A stretch of DNA of 57,492 bases, from positions 1 through 57,492 of the IMG/VR virus record IMGVR_UViG_3300045988_172985, one strand, 5' to 3'. This DNA is from a virus. The position numbers and the translations under genes were made by a program. This document shows, piece after piece, positions 23,227-33,358 of this stretch. Within the stretch, counting starts at the first letter, position 1; each line of letters opens with the position of its first letter. Under the pieces are notes generated by a model. It searched no databases, was not told where the DNA came from, and saw only the letters and a program-made list of their open reading frames with translations.

Positions 23227-24601
23227 AGACTTTTGTATAAAAGAACTTACATTTAAAAATCCGGAATATCAGAAGAAGTTAAAAATGGGTTTTTATGCTT
23301 ATGGTACTCCAAAAGAAATAAAACTATATGATATTTATGAAGATAACTTATATGTTCCTACCGGTTTCTTTAATGATTTATGGAAAAAACATCCATATAT
23401 TGATGATTATATTGATTATAGTACATCAGTACCTATTGAAGTTACAAGTAATATAAAACTTAGAGATTATCAAGAGCCGGCGGTTAGAGCAGTTAAAGAA
23501 AACATGTGCGGTATTATATCTATGGGTTGTGGTATGGGGAAGACTTGTACTTGTATAGAGTGTATTTGTGAGACAAAACAAAAAACATTGTGGATAGCCG
23601 GTACTATTGATCTAATTAACCAAGCAAAAGAAACGGCAGAGAGTTTGACTAGTTTAAAAGTTAGCTTAATTACTGATGGAAAATGTGATACATCAGGAGA
23701 TATGGTGTGTGGTACTCCACAATCAATAATTAAGTTTATTGAAAATGGTACTTTAAAATCAGATATGTTTGGCTTTGTAGTACAAGATGAGTGTCATCAT
23801 GTCTCGGCAAGCCCAAAGTCTATGCAAATGTTTAGAAGATGTATAGAACATTTTGCGAGTAAATATAGAGTTGGTTTGACGGCAACTTGTTGGCGAAGTG
23901 ATGGACTAGAGGGTTGTATATTAAAAATAATGGGTGGTATTATCTACAATGTAGAACAATATAAAGATAAGTATAGATGTGTATATAATAACGAGGTGTT
24001 ATTAGAATTACCTATGAATAAGTTTCAAGTACCGGCAATAATTAAAGTTATTGAAACGAACTATAATATAATTGATAAACCTGTGTATGATAAAAACGGA
24101 GGTACACTTCAGTTTGCAAGTTTGATTACAAATATATCGGAGGATAAAGAAAGAAACGACATTATTATTAAAACATTAAAAGGTATTGAGGGAAGTACAA
24201 TTGTATTGTCGGATAGAACATCACAACTAGATTATTTATGTGGTAAGGTAAATAACGGGGTAGTAGTTACCGGAAGTACTCCGAAAAAAGTAAGAGAAAA
24301 GGCACTAAACGATATGAGAGAGGGTAAAATAAAATATTTGTTTAGCACATATCAGCTTGCCAAAGAGGGACTAGACATTCCTATACTTGAAAATCTAGTT
24401 ATGGCAACTCCTGTTAAAACTTTCTCAACAGTAAAACAAGCTGTTGGTAGATGCCAAAGACCTTATGGCAACAAATGTGTTGCAAGAGTTTATGATTTTA
24501 TGGATAATGTGGGTATGCTTTATAACTTCTTCAATAAAAGACGAAGTATATACAGAAAGAATAATTGGGATATTGAAAACATTTATTTAGGAGGGGATTA
24601 A
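23171..24601 (+). CDS. DExH-box superfamily-2 helicase (476 aa)
   Basis: Walker A GCGMGKT, motif II VVQDECHH, and motif VI-like QAVGRCQR. Confidence 0.75.
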   Translation: MKIMISNVIVIKNPTKEIKDFCIKELTFKNPEYQKKLKMGFYAYGTPKEIKLYDIYEDNLYVPTGFFNDLWKKHPYIDDYIDYSTSVPIEVTSNIKLRDYQEPAVRAVKENMCGIISMGCGMGKTCTCIECICETKQKTLWIAGTIDLINQAKETAESLTSLKVSLITDGKCDTSGDMVCGTPQSIIKFIENGTLKSDMFGFVVQDECHHVSASPKSMQMFRRCIEHFASKYRVGLTATCWRSDGLEGCILKIMGGIIYNVEQYKDKYRCVYNNEVLLELPMNKFQVPAIIKVIETNYNIIDKPVYDKNGGTLQFASLITNISEDKERNDIIIKTLKGIEGSTIVLSDRTSQLDYLCGKVNNGVVVTGSTPKKVREKALNDMREGKIKYLFSTYQLAKEGLDIPILENLVMATPVKTFSTVKQAVGRCQRPYGNKCVARVYDFMDNVGMLYNFFNKRRSIYRKNNWDIENIYLGGD

Positions 24602-24661
24602 TATGATATTAATATTATTACTTGTGGGTTTATTTATGATATTAATAGGAGCAGATTTTTA

Positions 24662-24880
24662 ATGACATTTTCACAATTAATTATATATGAAGGTATAAAG
24701 AAATATTATAAAGCGAACGGATGTATGCCTACACTAAGAGAATTAGCAAACATCTGTTCGTTATCTAGTAGAGGTAATGTATTCACACATTTGCATAACT
24801 TAGAAAAACTAGGTTATATTGAAATAATAAAAAATAAAAAAAGAGGTATTATATTAAAAGGAGATGGTAATAATGGATAA
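24662..24880 (+). CDS. LexA N-terminal-domain-like winged-helix protein, no protease domain (72 aa)
   Basis: GCMPTLRELANICSLSSRGNVFTHLHNLEKLGYIE matches the LexA DNA-binding-domain pattern by eye. Confidence 0.5.
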   Translation: MTFSQLIIYEGIKKYYKANGCMPTLRELANICSLSSRGNVFTHLHNLEKLGYIEIIKNKKRGIILKGDGNNG

Positions 24881-25205
24881 ATTAGATATACAAACATATG
24901 TTCGTAATAATCAAGATACTATATATAGATTATGGAAATACAAAAAAGTATTTACACCTTATGAAATCAAAGCAAGGTTTAAAGATGAAAGTATTTATGA
25001 AGAGGATATTTGTACATTTGCAAAAATAGAAGAAGTTATTTGCTTGCCAAATGATATGCTAATAAAGTTTAGAGTTATGTTTGAGAATTTTGTATGTGAT
25101 GATGAGGAAAAAAACTTTATTGATAGTGGGTTTTATATATTTGAAAGATTATCAGATATAAAGTTATCGGAGTATGATCGTGATAATGGACGAGAGATAC
25201 AATAA
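24873..25205 (+). CDS. hypothetical protein (110 aa)
   Basis: Start trimmed to the ATG at 24873, behind GGAG. Confidence 0.4.
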   Translation: MDKLDIQTYVRNNQDTIYRLWKYKKVFTPYEIKARFKDESIYEEDICTFAKIEEVICLPNDMLIKFRVMFENFVCDDEEKNFIDSGFYIFERLSDIKLSEYDRDNGREIQ

Positions 25206-25365
25206 ATTACTTGGGGCATATAAAAAATTAAAGAAAAAATTAGATATGATTGAAGATATGTATTTCTCGCATATGCGAACATGTGCTGAAAGAGAAGCTC
25301 ATATAAAATATTTAGAGTGGAAAGTTAAAGATTTGGAGGAAAGATTAAATTATGATGACAGATAA
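25174..25365 (+). CDS. hypothetical coiled-coil protein (about 60 aa)
   Basis: Operon ORF; start uncertain (25174 or 25186). Confidence 0.35.
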   Translation: MIVIMDERYNKLLGAYKKLKKKLDMIEDMYFSHMRTCAEREAHIKYLEWKVKDLEERLNYDDR

Positions 25366-25702
25366 AGATTATAATGCAGTTGCACTTGAACTTGTAAAGA
25401 TGAGTTTGGAAAATATAACAAAAGTTGATTTAGGTGATGTGTATCTTGACCCTAATGATATTACAAATGATACTAATATGATAGACCTAAGTTCGCTTTA
25501 TAATTATTATTACGAAAAAATAACAGAAAACAATAAGCAAAAAGTGGAACACTTCTCTATAGTAAAAAATACGGAAAAAAGTTCTAATAACTCTGAGTTT
25601 TTGCAAAGACTTAGAGAAAAAATTGTTGAAAATTCAGGAGACATGGAACCTAGAGTTAACACATTATTATTAAATATGATCGATACAGAACTTAAAAAAT
25701 AA
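25352..25702 (+). CDS. hypothetical protein (116 aa)
   Basis: Operon ORF. Confidence 0.4.
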   Translation: MMTDKDYNAVALELVKMSLENITKVDLGDVYLDPNDITNDTNMIDLSSLYNYYYEKITENNKQKVEHFSIVKNTEKSSNNSEFLQRLREKIVENSGDMEPRVNTLLLNMIDTELKK

Positions 25703-25727
25703 TTTTACAAAATGTCACGAAAACAAG

Positions 25728-25756
25728 TTGACATTTTTTTTATTTTATAGTATGAT
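25728..25756 (+). promoter_or_regulatory. promoter
   Basis: -35 TTGACA, 17-nt spacer, -10 TATGAT. Confidence 0.6.
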
Positions 25757-25789
25757 TTAATCACAGAGTAGCATTGTGAGGTAGATATA

Positions 25790-26062
25790 ATGAAAACAAC
25801 TCAAAACCCTAGAATATATTTTCTTAAAAATAAATATAATCGTAAAGAACTACTTGGTGGTAGAAAGATTAATTATGTAAGCCGAGAGATATGTTATAAT
25901 AGAGAACATGTAGCACTCATACTTAAAGGAGAATTTCCTTGTAGTAAGAAAACGGCTGAAGATTTAATCAATGCTTTATCACTAAAAGGTAGTCTTGACG
26001 ATTATTTTTATATGATGAATAAGGAGGAGTATGAGACATGGAAAAAGACACTAAAGAATTAA
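25790..26062 (+). CDS. hypothetical protein, possible HTH (90 aa)
   Basis: ISREICYNREHVALILKG is weakly HTH-like. Confidence 0.35.
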   Translation: MKTTQNPRIYFLKNKYNRKELLGGRKINYVSREICYNREHVALILKGEFPCSKKTAEDLINALSLKGSLDDYFYMMNKEEYETWKKTLKN

Positions 26063-27441
26063 CAAAAGAAGACTTACTCAATCCTGATTTCATTCCTAGT
26101 ATATTTGAGAATTATAAAGACCCGCAAGAAAGAGAAGAAGTACTTACCGAAATAATGGAAATTGGCAAAACTTACAAGGTGGGTGGAAAATTAAAAGATG
26201 CAATAGGAAGATGCACACAGGCGGAGCAGAGTATTGCTGGTCAAGTGTTTAACTTTTTAATTTTTAATAAATCAGGTAATCCTGAAGTAACTACACAAAA
26301 CTTTTTAAATATTTTTGAGAATGATCCTAAAATATCTAATAATGTTAGGTATGATGAATTTTCAGGGATAGTTAGTAGATTTAAGAATGGTAAATGGGTA
26401 CCATGGACAGATTCAGATGATTCCGATTTAATGTGTGATATTGAAAAAGAATATAAAATATATAACTCTGATAAATATTATAAAGCGTTTGATAAATTTA
26501 TAAAAGATCGTGCGGAAAACCCGCTAAAAGAATTAATAGAAAGAGAGCCATGGGATGGTGTTCCGAGACTAGATAGATTTTTAATAGATATATTTCATTG
26601 TGATGATGAAAGATATACTGAAGAAGTATCTCGTATGATATTTTATGGTGGTATTAGCCGTTTATATGACCCCGGATGTAAATTTGATTATATGCCAATA
26701 TTTATAGGAGCTCAAGGAACTTATAAAAGTACCCTTGTTAAATGGCTTGCTTTAGAAGAAAAATATTTTAGAGAGATATCTACAATTGAAGGTAAAGATG
26801 CTATGGAAATACTTGAAGGTGCTTGGATATGTGAGTTTGCGGAATTACTAGCGATGGTAAGAACTAGAGAAGTTGAAGCAATGAAAGGCTATATAAGTAG
26901 GACAACAGATACATTTAGAAGAAGTTATGATAGAAGAGTATCACATGTTCCTAGAAGCTGTATTTTTATTGGAACAACAAACGAAGAAGAGTTTTTAGTA
27001 GATAAGACAGGTAATAGAAGATATTTACCTATTAAGATAAGAACAAAAATGGGTGAGTTTTATGGAAAAGAAGAAGAGATAAAAAATTATATATTAGCTT
27101 GTTGGCGAGAAGCTCTTTATTTATATAATCATGGACAGACTTATTTATCACTACCTCTTGATGTATATGAAATTGCTGTTAGAAAACAAGAAGGGGCTGT
27201 TGAGGATGACCCTAAAGTTGGTTTAATTAGAGAATATCTTGATAATCAAGAAGTTGGATATAAAGTTTGCTGTTTAGAATTATTTACAAAATGTTTAAAT
27301 GGAATAAAGAAGAACTATGATAGAAGTGCATCTCGTGATATTGGTAGGATATTAAATAATATACCTGGTTGGGAACGAGGAGAGAAAACAACAAGACTAC
27401 AAGACTATGGTGTTCAGAAGTATTGGGAGAAAATGGAATGA
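26038..27441 (+). CDS. VirE-like (virulence-associated protein E family) P-loop ATPase / primase-associated helicase (467 aa)
   Basis: Walker A GAQGTYKST and Walker-B-like WICEFAEL; family-typical length. Confidence 0.65.
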   Translation: MEKDTKELTKEDLLNPDFIPSIFENYKDPQEREEVLTEIMEIGKTYKVGGKLKDAIGRCTQAEQSIAGQVFNFLIFNKSGNPEVTTQNFLNIFENDPKISNNVRYDEFSGIVSRFKNGKWVPWTDSDDSDLMCDIEKEYKIYNSDKYYKAFDKFIKDRAENPLKELIEREPWDGVPRLDRFLIDIFHCDDERYTEEVSRMIFYGGISRLYDPGCKFDYMPIFIGAQGTYKSTLVKWLALEEKYFREISTIEGKDAMEILEGAWICEFAELLAMVRTREVEAMKGYISRTTDTFRRSYDRRVSHVPRSCIFIGTTNEEEFLVDKTGNRRYLPIKIRTKMGEFYGKEEEIKNYILACWREALYLYNHGQTYLSLPLDVYEIAVRKQEGAVEDDPKVGLIREYLDNQEVGYKVCCLELFTKCLNGIKKNYDRSASRDIGRILNNIPGWERGEKTTRLQDYGVQKYWEKME

Positions 27442-27486
27442 TTTAGATTAAAAAGTAATTTTATATTACTTTTTTTAATTTTCCTA

Positions 27487-27515
27487 TTGACTTTTTTTGT
27501 AGAATAGTGTAGAAT
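27487..27515 (+). promoter_or_regulatory. promoter
   Basis: -35 TTGACT, 17-nt spacer, -10 TAGAAT. Confidence 0.6.
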
Positions 27516-27536
27516 TAAATTAAGAAAGGAGATAAC

Positions 27537-28505
27537 ATGAAAACATATTATAAAAATAAAAGAAATAAAGTAGGGTTATCACAAAGTGATATGGCTAGGG
27601 AACTTGGTATCCCTTGTGTGAAATACGAGCAAATAGAGAGAGGAGAAATAAAAATGCCAAAAAAATTAATTGATAAGTTTAATGAAATAATTACTCGTGG
27701 TAATAATATTCATTCACTTGAAAAATTAGAACATGAAAGAGAGGTGAATGAATATATTGATTGGTTAATTAAAGATGATCATTTAAAATTAGAAATGAAT
27801 ATGTTTAATATATCAACTCGAAACGAATTAGGACAACTATTAGGATATAAGGACGGTACAATACTTAGTAAATTATTTTCTGGAAAATATGCAAATGGTT
27901 ATGCTTATGATTTAAAAAATAAAATATATTTGTTTTTTCATGATGAACTTAATATGCAACCAAAAAAATTAAATAAACAAATATCAAATAAACAAAAATC
28001 AATTACAAGTAAATTAAAAAAATATTGCGAAACTTATGGGTTAACACAATCTGAATTGTCTAAACAGATGTGTATGAGCCAACCGACTATTAATAGACTT
28101 TTAAAAGAAACACGAATAGTGGGTAATTCAACTTTGAGTAAAATAGATATCTTTTTAAAGAACAAAGGTTTTAATAACGATTGTGTAGAGTCAACCGTAG
28201 AAGAAAAATCTGTACCACAAGCTATGTTTTTAGAACCAACACCAAACGAAGACACAGATATGCTTTTCCCAGAGTTACCAAGTGACGATTCTAATATAAC
28301 AGTTGTAGATTTTGACTTAAATAGTTCTGAAAAAACTACTGATGTTACTATTCCTGATGAAACAGATTCAAAAGAACTATATAGTATCAAAAAGATATAT
28401 AGTGAAAATCATGAAAAGATACAAAAATTAACTGAAGAAATTAATAAATTAGTACAAAGAGAAGCTGTACTACTAGATATACTAAAAGAAATTGAGAGGT
28501 TATAA
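27537..28505 (+). CDS. double XRE-type HTH protein with an acidic C-terminal region (322 aa)
   Basis: Two HTH segments: GLSQSDMARELGIPCVKYEQIERGE and GLTQSELSKQMCMSQPTINRLLKE. Confidence 0.55.
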   Translation: MKTYYKNKRNKVGLSQSDMARELGIPCVKYEQIERGEIKMPKKLIDKFNEIITRGNNIHSLEKLEHEREVNEYIDWLIKDDHLKLEMNMFNISTRNELGQLLGYKDGTILSKLFSGKYANGYAYDLKNKIYLFFHDELNMQPKKLNKQISNKQKSITSKLKKYCETYGLTQSELSKQMCMSQPTINRLLKETRIVGNSTLSKIDIFLKNKGFNNDCVESTVEEKSVPQAMFLEPTPNEDTDMLFPELPSDDSNITVVDFDLNSSEKTTDVTIPDETDSKELYSIKKIYSENHEKIQKLTEEINKLVQREAVLLDILKEIERL

Positions 28506-28507
28506 TT

Positions 28508-29209
28508 ATGGATTTAGCGATTAAAGTTTACGATATCGATTATTCGTTTTTATTAAAAAATTATATAAACCCTGAGTATTGGAATAAATCATGGCATTTA
28601 TTTGTGTATAAAGATTTTGTATTTGATTTGTCAATGAGTAGTATTGATTGTGAAGATAAAAAAATTTGTTTTAAAATTAAAGGAACACACTGTGAAGACA
28701 GCAGGGCTACTTATATTTATTATTACCTTAATAACACAACAATACCTGTGCTTAAAAAACAAATAAATGGTGCGATAATAAGTGTTATGGAAAGTCTTGA
28801 AAAATATGAAATTCGTGAGCAAAACGGATATAATCATCTATGCAAATTAGAATATGAAGAAAACGAACAATTAGAAAGTTTAGCAGTTGATTTCTTAGAT
28901 GAGCACGGAATTGATAATAAAAAATTAAGAGAACTATTTATAGATGATTACAAAAGTGCTTATAGTACTATGTATGAAAAAAAAGAAGCATATATTGAAA
29001 ATAACTTATATACTGTGTTTACAGATATGTATGTTACATTCACAAGTATCACTAAAGATGAAACACGACTTAACAACATACTTACTAAAACAAGAAGCAC
29101 TATTGATTTAAATAAAATCAATAAAGAACTTGAAGAGTATGGTTGCACTCTAACTTCAAAAGAGCATTTAGAATATTTAAAAGATGGTTTAGAGGAGATT
29201 GAGATATAA
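28508..29209 (+). CDS. hypothetical protein (233 aa)
   Basis: Operon ORF. Confidence 0.45.
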   Translation: MDLAIKVYDIDYSFLLKNYINPEYWNKSWHLFVYKDFVFDLSMSSIDCEDKKICFKIKGTHCEDSRATYIYYYLNNTTIPVLKKQINGAIISVMESLEKYEIREQNGYNHLCKLEYEENEQLESLAVDFLDEHGIDNKKLRELFIDDYKSAYSTMYEKKEAYIENNLYTVFTDMYVTFTSITKDETRLNNILTKTRSTIDLNKINKELEEYGCTLTSKEHLEYLKDGLEEIEI

Positions 29210-30015
29210 TGAGAGGTGTTTGGGAAAAATTAAACATCCTATATGTGAACAAAGGTCTTAGAATATTTCCAGTAATGGAAAATGGAAAATTACCAATACT
29301 AAAGAGTTGGCAAACAGAATGTTCGGCATCGTTTACACAAATTTTGTATTGGATTGAGAACACTAAAAATTGTAATTGGGGACTTCCAGCAACACCAAAT
29401 AATCTATTCGTTATAGATTTAGATGTACATGATGAAAGTAAGAATGGGATAGAAAACTTTGCGAAGTTGCTTTCTGATATCGGACTATCATGTGAAGAAG
29501 CGAATACTCTTATCCAAGTTACACCATCAGGTGGTAAACACTTAATATATTTATCGGATAATGAATTAAAAGAAGTTGCAAATACTTCACAAAGTTTTGA
29601 TAAATATCCAGGTATTGATGTTCGTACAAGTGGTTATATAGTAGTTGAACCATCAGTGATAAATGGTAAAGAATATAAGTTTACAACAGATATTGAGCCA
29701 CAACCTATGCCAGAAAAATTAAAAGAGTTTATATTGAATAACTCTGAAAAAAAAGGCAAAGAAAAAACTCCTTATGTTAAACCTAAGGAGCAGGTTGAGA
29801 TTGGAAATCGTGATACTTCGTTATTTCAATATATAACTCATTTATACTACAAAACAGATTTAGACTTTGACGAAATATTACTACTAGCCGAAGTGTTTAA
29901 TGAGAGTTTTGAAGAACCATATCCAAATCGGGATGTTGAATATAAGGTTAAAAAAGCTTTTGAAAAATCTCGTGGAAATAGAATAATAATTAATGTAGGA
30001 GGGGAAGATGAATAA
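29209..30015 (+). CDS. bifunctional primase-polymerase (Prim-Pol) domain protein (268 aa)
   Basis: FVIDLDVHD (DxD) and TPSGGKHLIY (sGGxH) motifs. Confidence 0.65.
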   Translation: MRGVWEKLNILYVNKGLRIFPVMENGKLPILKSWQTECSASFTQILYWIENTKNCNWGLPATPNNLFVIDLDVHDESKNGIENFAKLLSDIGLSCEEANTLIQVTPSGGKHLIYLSDNELKEVANTSQSFDKYPGIDVRTSGYIVVEPSVINGKEYKFTTDIEPQPMPEKLKEFILNNSEKKGKEKTPYVKPKEQVEIGNRDTSLFQYITHLYYKTDLDFDEILLLAEVFNESFEEPYPNRDVEYKVKKAFEKSRGNRIIINVGGEDE

Positions 30016-30217
30016 AGACAATAAATATACTAATGATTATAAAAAACTAGAAAAAAGAAAGATATTAAGTGAAATAAATATGTTTATTAGTATAGTCAAT
30101 GTTCTTGTGAGTGGTTTAAATGCTTTTATATTCCACAATGAAATATTAACATATATTTGTGTAGTTTTACTAATTATAACCATCACAACTTTTGGTTATT
30201 TGATAGTAACAGAATAA
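30008..30217 (+). CDS. membrane protein (69 aa, 2 TM helices)
   Basis: Hydrophobic segments FISIVNVLVSGLNAFIF and ICVVLLIITITTFGYLIV. Confidence 0.4.
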   Translation: MNKDNKYTNDYKKLEKRKILSEINMFISIVNVLVSGLNAFIFHNEILTYICVVLLIITITTFGYLIVTE

Positions 30218-30318
30218 AAAAATTGAGGAGGAGTCCTCAATTAAGAAATGAACAAAGTGCTAAAGTTAATTTAACACTAATATATTATAACATATTTGTG
30301 AAGTTTAGTAAAATCTAT

Positions 30319-30347
30319 TGACTTATAGTGAATAATTATGTATAATT
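30319..30347 (+). promoter_or_regulatory. promoter
   Basis: -35 TTGACT, 17-nt spacer, -10 TATAAT. Confidence 0.65.
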
Positions 30348-30365
30348 TAGATAGGAGGTAAGGTT

Positions 30366-30596
30366 ATGGACTTTAAAGAAATGATGAAGCAAAAGAAAAT
30401 GGAACTATCGATGAGCAACGCACAATTTGCTGAGTATATTGGTAAGCATCGTTCGTGGGTCGTTGCACTATTTAATCCGAATGCAATACCAAGACCTCTA
30501 AGAGAAACAACGATGTATGTACTTCATGATAAGTTAAAAATTCCGTTTGAAGTAATGGAAGAATATAACGAAAAAGTTTTAGAAAGTAGAGGTTAA
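30366..30596 (+). CDS. XRE-like HTH protein (76 aa)
   Basis: MSNAQFAEYIGKHRSWVVALFN is HTH-like. Confidence 0.45.
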   Translation: MDFKEMMKQKKMELSMSNAQFAEYIGKHRSWVVALFNPNAIPRPLRETTMYVLHDKLKIPFEVMEEYNEKVLESRG

Positions 30597-30599
30597 GAT

Positions 30600-30989
30600 A
30601 TGGGTCTTAAACAACAAGTTGTAGGAAAAACATGGGAACAGGAAATAATTGATGCTTACTATGATAAAGGTTGGCAACCATTTAAAATACCGACAGAAAT
30701 AAAAGGAACCTGCTTTGATATTATTTTAATTAAAAACTCTAGTTGCATGTGTATCGAAGCGAAACATATACAGGGTGATAAGTTGTATTTTAAAGGTAGC
30801 GGACTTTCAAAAAAACAAGATGAACTAAATCATTTTGTGAGCCATTGTAAAACCAATGTTTATATTTTTGTTAAGTCAGACAAAACAGGATGTTTTTGGA
30901 CAAGTTGGATAGAGGCTAAAAACCATTTTCTAAAAAAAGGTTATATTTGTAAAGAAGATTGTATAGATATGGGGGGTATGTTAGAGTGA
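30600..30989 (+). CDS. PD-(D/E)xK nuclease, Holliday-junction-resolvase (Hjc)-like (129 aa)
   Basis: FDIILI ... CIEAKH is a D...ExK arrangement. Confidence 0.5.
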   Translation: MGLKQQVVGKTWEQEIIDAYYDKGWQPFKIPTEIKGTCFDIILIKNSSCMCIEAKHIQGDKLYFKGSGLSKKQDELNHFVSHCKTNVYIFVKSDKTGCFWTSWIEAKNHFLKKGYICKEDCIDMGGMLE

Positions 30990-31804
30990 TATGTAAGTTT
31001 GGCGATAAGTTAGAATGTTATAGTTCTAATGGTAAATCGGTTTTTACGATTTCAGCGGACGGTATAAACTTTGAGGGATTAGACTGGGATGATTATTATC
31101 ACATGTTTGATGAAGCATATTATTCAACTAATCATGACTCAGTTACACTAGAAACAGGTGGTATAACCTGTAATGGTAAAACAATTAGAAGTTATATAGA
31201 TTTGCTTGACTCGCAATTTTATAATTTAGAAGGCGAAGATTGTTTTTTAGAAGAAGCGAGAAACTTTAATCCTTGTGATTATTGTTCACTTGCTGATGAA
31301 CAAAAGACATATCAAGCAATTATGAATAAATGGGGGAGTAAATGGAAATATGAATATAAAAATAAGGAGGAGAAAGAAATGAATAAAGTTTTAGAATTAC
31401 ATTATGAAAGAAGAATAAAAAAATTAGGAGAGTTTTATAAAGAACTTAAAGAACAAGAATATAATGAATTAGAGGTTGTTAAAGAATTTAATAATGTTGT
31501 TGAAGAATATAATAACAAAATGCAAGAATTAATGGGAAAATATAGAGAAGAAGATGAAAATATGTCTTTGATACATAAAACAGGCTATAATGAATACCCT
31601 TATGTACTTAGTCACGCCGTTAAAGATGACATTATTAAATCTTTAGGCAAACAATATGAAGAAGATAAAAAAGCATTACTTGAAGAAAAAGAAACAATCG
31701 CAGCTGTTTTATCACTAAGTGAAGATAAAGATTATCAAGTTGAAGTATTGAAAAACTATGAAATACTTGATAAAAAAGGCATGATGATAGAGGATGATGA
31801 ATAA
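30986..31804 (+). CDS. hypothetical protein with a coiled-coil C-terminal half (about 272 aa)
   Basis: Probable GTG start at 30986; the maximal ORF starts at 30959. Confidence 0.4.
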   Translation: MICKFGDKLECYSSNGKSVFTISADGINFEGLDWDDYYHMFDEAYYSTNHDSVTLETGGITCNGKTIRSYIDLLDSQFYNLEGEDCFLEEARNFNPCDYCSLADEQKTYQAIMNKWGSKWKYEYKNKEEKEMNKVLELHYERRIKKLGEFYKELKEQEYNELEVVKEFNNVVEEYNNKMQELMGKYREEDENMSLIHKTGYNEYPYVLSHAVKDDIIKSLGKQYEEDKKALLEEKETIAAVLSLSEDKDYQVEVLKNYEILDKKGMMIEDDE

Positions 31805-32007
31805 TGGATGAACCTATTTTTAAAAACTATAAAGAAAAACAAGCATATTATAGAGAGAAATATAAAAATAGGGGAACTATCATTCACATAAGTAAGGTAA
31901 TTGATAGATATGGAAAAGTAAAACAACCTGGAAAAACTTATCATAGTGAGAAAGGTGAAGCCCGTACTATTAAAAGAAGAGCAAAAGAAGAAAAAATGAA
32001 AAAATAA
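31804..32007 (+). CDS. small basic protein (67 aa)
   Basis: TAATG-coupled ORF; Lys/Arg-rich. Confidence 0.4.
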   Translation: MDEPIFKNYKEKQAYYREKYKNRGTIIHISKVIDRYGKVKQPGKTYHSEKGEARTIKRRAKEEKMKK

Positions 32008-32074
32008 GAAAGGAGAAGAAACTTAAATTATTATTTAAATAAATGGGTTTCTTCTTTTTATATTTGGAGGAATT

Positions 32075-32296
32075 ATGGTCAAATATACTAAGTTTGAATT
32101 AATAGAACGAATATTAACTGGGTTAATAACTGATGGTAGTTATTGGTTAATTGATAAGGTACTTTGTAAATGGGATGATGAAGGTAAACGCTTTCTTTTA
32201 ATAATGAACCCTAATAGAATCACCGGTTTTGAATTTAATGATTTAAATGAAGTTGTATATGAACTTGTAGATTATGAGGTGGAAAGTAATGAATAA
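32075..32296 (+). CDS. hypothetical protein (73 aa)
   Basis: GGAGG RBS. Confidence 0.4.
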   Translation: MVKYTKFELIERILTGLITDGSYWLIDKVLCKWDDEGKRFLLIMNPNRITGFEFNDLNEVVYELVDYEVESNE

Positions 32297-32492
32297 AAAT
32301 ATTGGTGATATGACAATAGATGAGCTAAAGGACTTTATCATTGAATTACAAGAAGAAAATGGTAGATATGAGAGAATAATCGATAAAGCAATAGCATACA
32401 TAGAAGGTTTGGAAGAAAACGAATGGATATCTTTCGGACGAAGTATTCTATTCGATATATTGAAAGGTGATGAAAATGATAAAAATAATTAA
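32289..32492 (+). CDS. hypothetical protein (67 aa)
   Basis: Start trimmed to 32289, behind GAGGTGG. Confidence 0.4.
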   Translation: MNKNIGDMTIDELKDFIIELQEENGRYERIIDKAIAYIEGLEENEWISFGRSILFDILKGDENDKNN

Positions 32493-32682
32493 AAAAGGAT
32501 ATAAAATAAAACCCGAAGATATTGTTTATGTAAAAAAGTGTTATGTTTGTGGTTGCAAATTTACTTATCAATTAAATGACTTACATATGGGATATGATGA
32601 TGTATATATTACTTGTCCCGACTGTGGTTATAGTCGTTCTATATTTTTTAAGAAGAAATACAAAGGTGATAAAAATGAGTAA
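32467..32682 (+). CDS. zinc-ribbon protein (71 aa)
   Basis: CYVCGC ... CPDCGY. Confidence 0.4.
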   Translation: MMKMIKIIKKGYKIKPEDIVYVKKCYVCGCKFTYQLNDLHMGYDDVYITCPDCGYSRSIFFKKKYKGDKNE

Positions 32683-33109
32683 AAAAGTTTTAATATATGA
32701 TACTGAAACAAAAGGTGTTGAACAATACAATATATATAATCAGATGGATACTAAGAACTATAATTGTTTTGCAGTATCTAAAAAAGATTCTAGTGAGGTT
32801 ATTCCGCTACATTACGGTTTTCAATTAATTCTATCTGAAGATGAAAAAGCACTAGAGTTAGAGCCGGAATTAAAAGAAGCATTACAAAAGTTTAATATAA
32901 ATAAAGAATTGGTTGATAAAACAAACGAATTGGAAAATGTAAAAAAACAAATGGAAGAAGAACTTGTTCGATTAAATAAAATAAGGACAATTAATGAGTT
33001 TATTACAAAACATATATATACATTTTATAATTCTAAAGAGACTGTGTTTGCGGACTATGTTACAGATTATGTGCATGACCAGGATGACATAGATGAATAT
33101 GATTGGTGA
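32675..33109 (+). CDS. hypothetical protein (144 aa)
   Basis: Start trimmed to 32675, behind AAGGTGA. Confidence 0.4.
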   Translation: MSKKVLIYDTETKGVEQYNIYNQMDTKNYNCFAVSKKDSSEVIPLHYGFQLILSEDEKALELEPELKEALQKFNINKELVDKTNELENVKKQMEEELVRLNKIRTINEFITKHIYTFYNSKETVFADYVTDYVHDQDDIDEYDW

Positions 33110-33115
33110 TAATCG

Positions 33116-33358
33116 ATGAATATACTAAAAAATAATTTTACGGTAATGGGATTGGTTGAAAAATTTCTCGAAGAAACAGATTATAAAATAAAGCCCATTG
33201 ATAGAGAAATCGAAGTTGAGGATATGCTTGAAGTCGATAAGGAAACAGGGAAAGTTATAAATTACGGCTCAATAAATGACATTATAAACACCGAGGAATT
33301 TAAACAGTGGTTTAAGTTAAAATTAGAAGAAGAAGGTGTTGATAATGGATGTATATAA
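33116..33358 (+). CDS. hypothetical protein (80 aa)
   Basis: Operon ORF. Confidence 0.4.
   Translation: MNILKNNFTVMGLVEKFLEETDYKIKPIDREIEVEDMLEVDKETGKVINYGSINDIINTEEFKQWFKLKLEEEGVDNGCI

Noticed and set aside
30221-30242. The hairpin AATTGAGGA-ggag-TCCTCAATT as a plus-strand terminator after 30008..30217
   Set aside because: The stem is good, but no downstream T-run follows on the plus strand. It was not annotated as a terminator.
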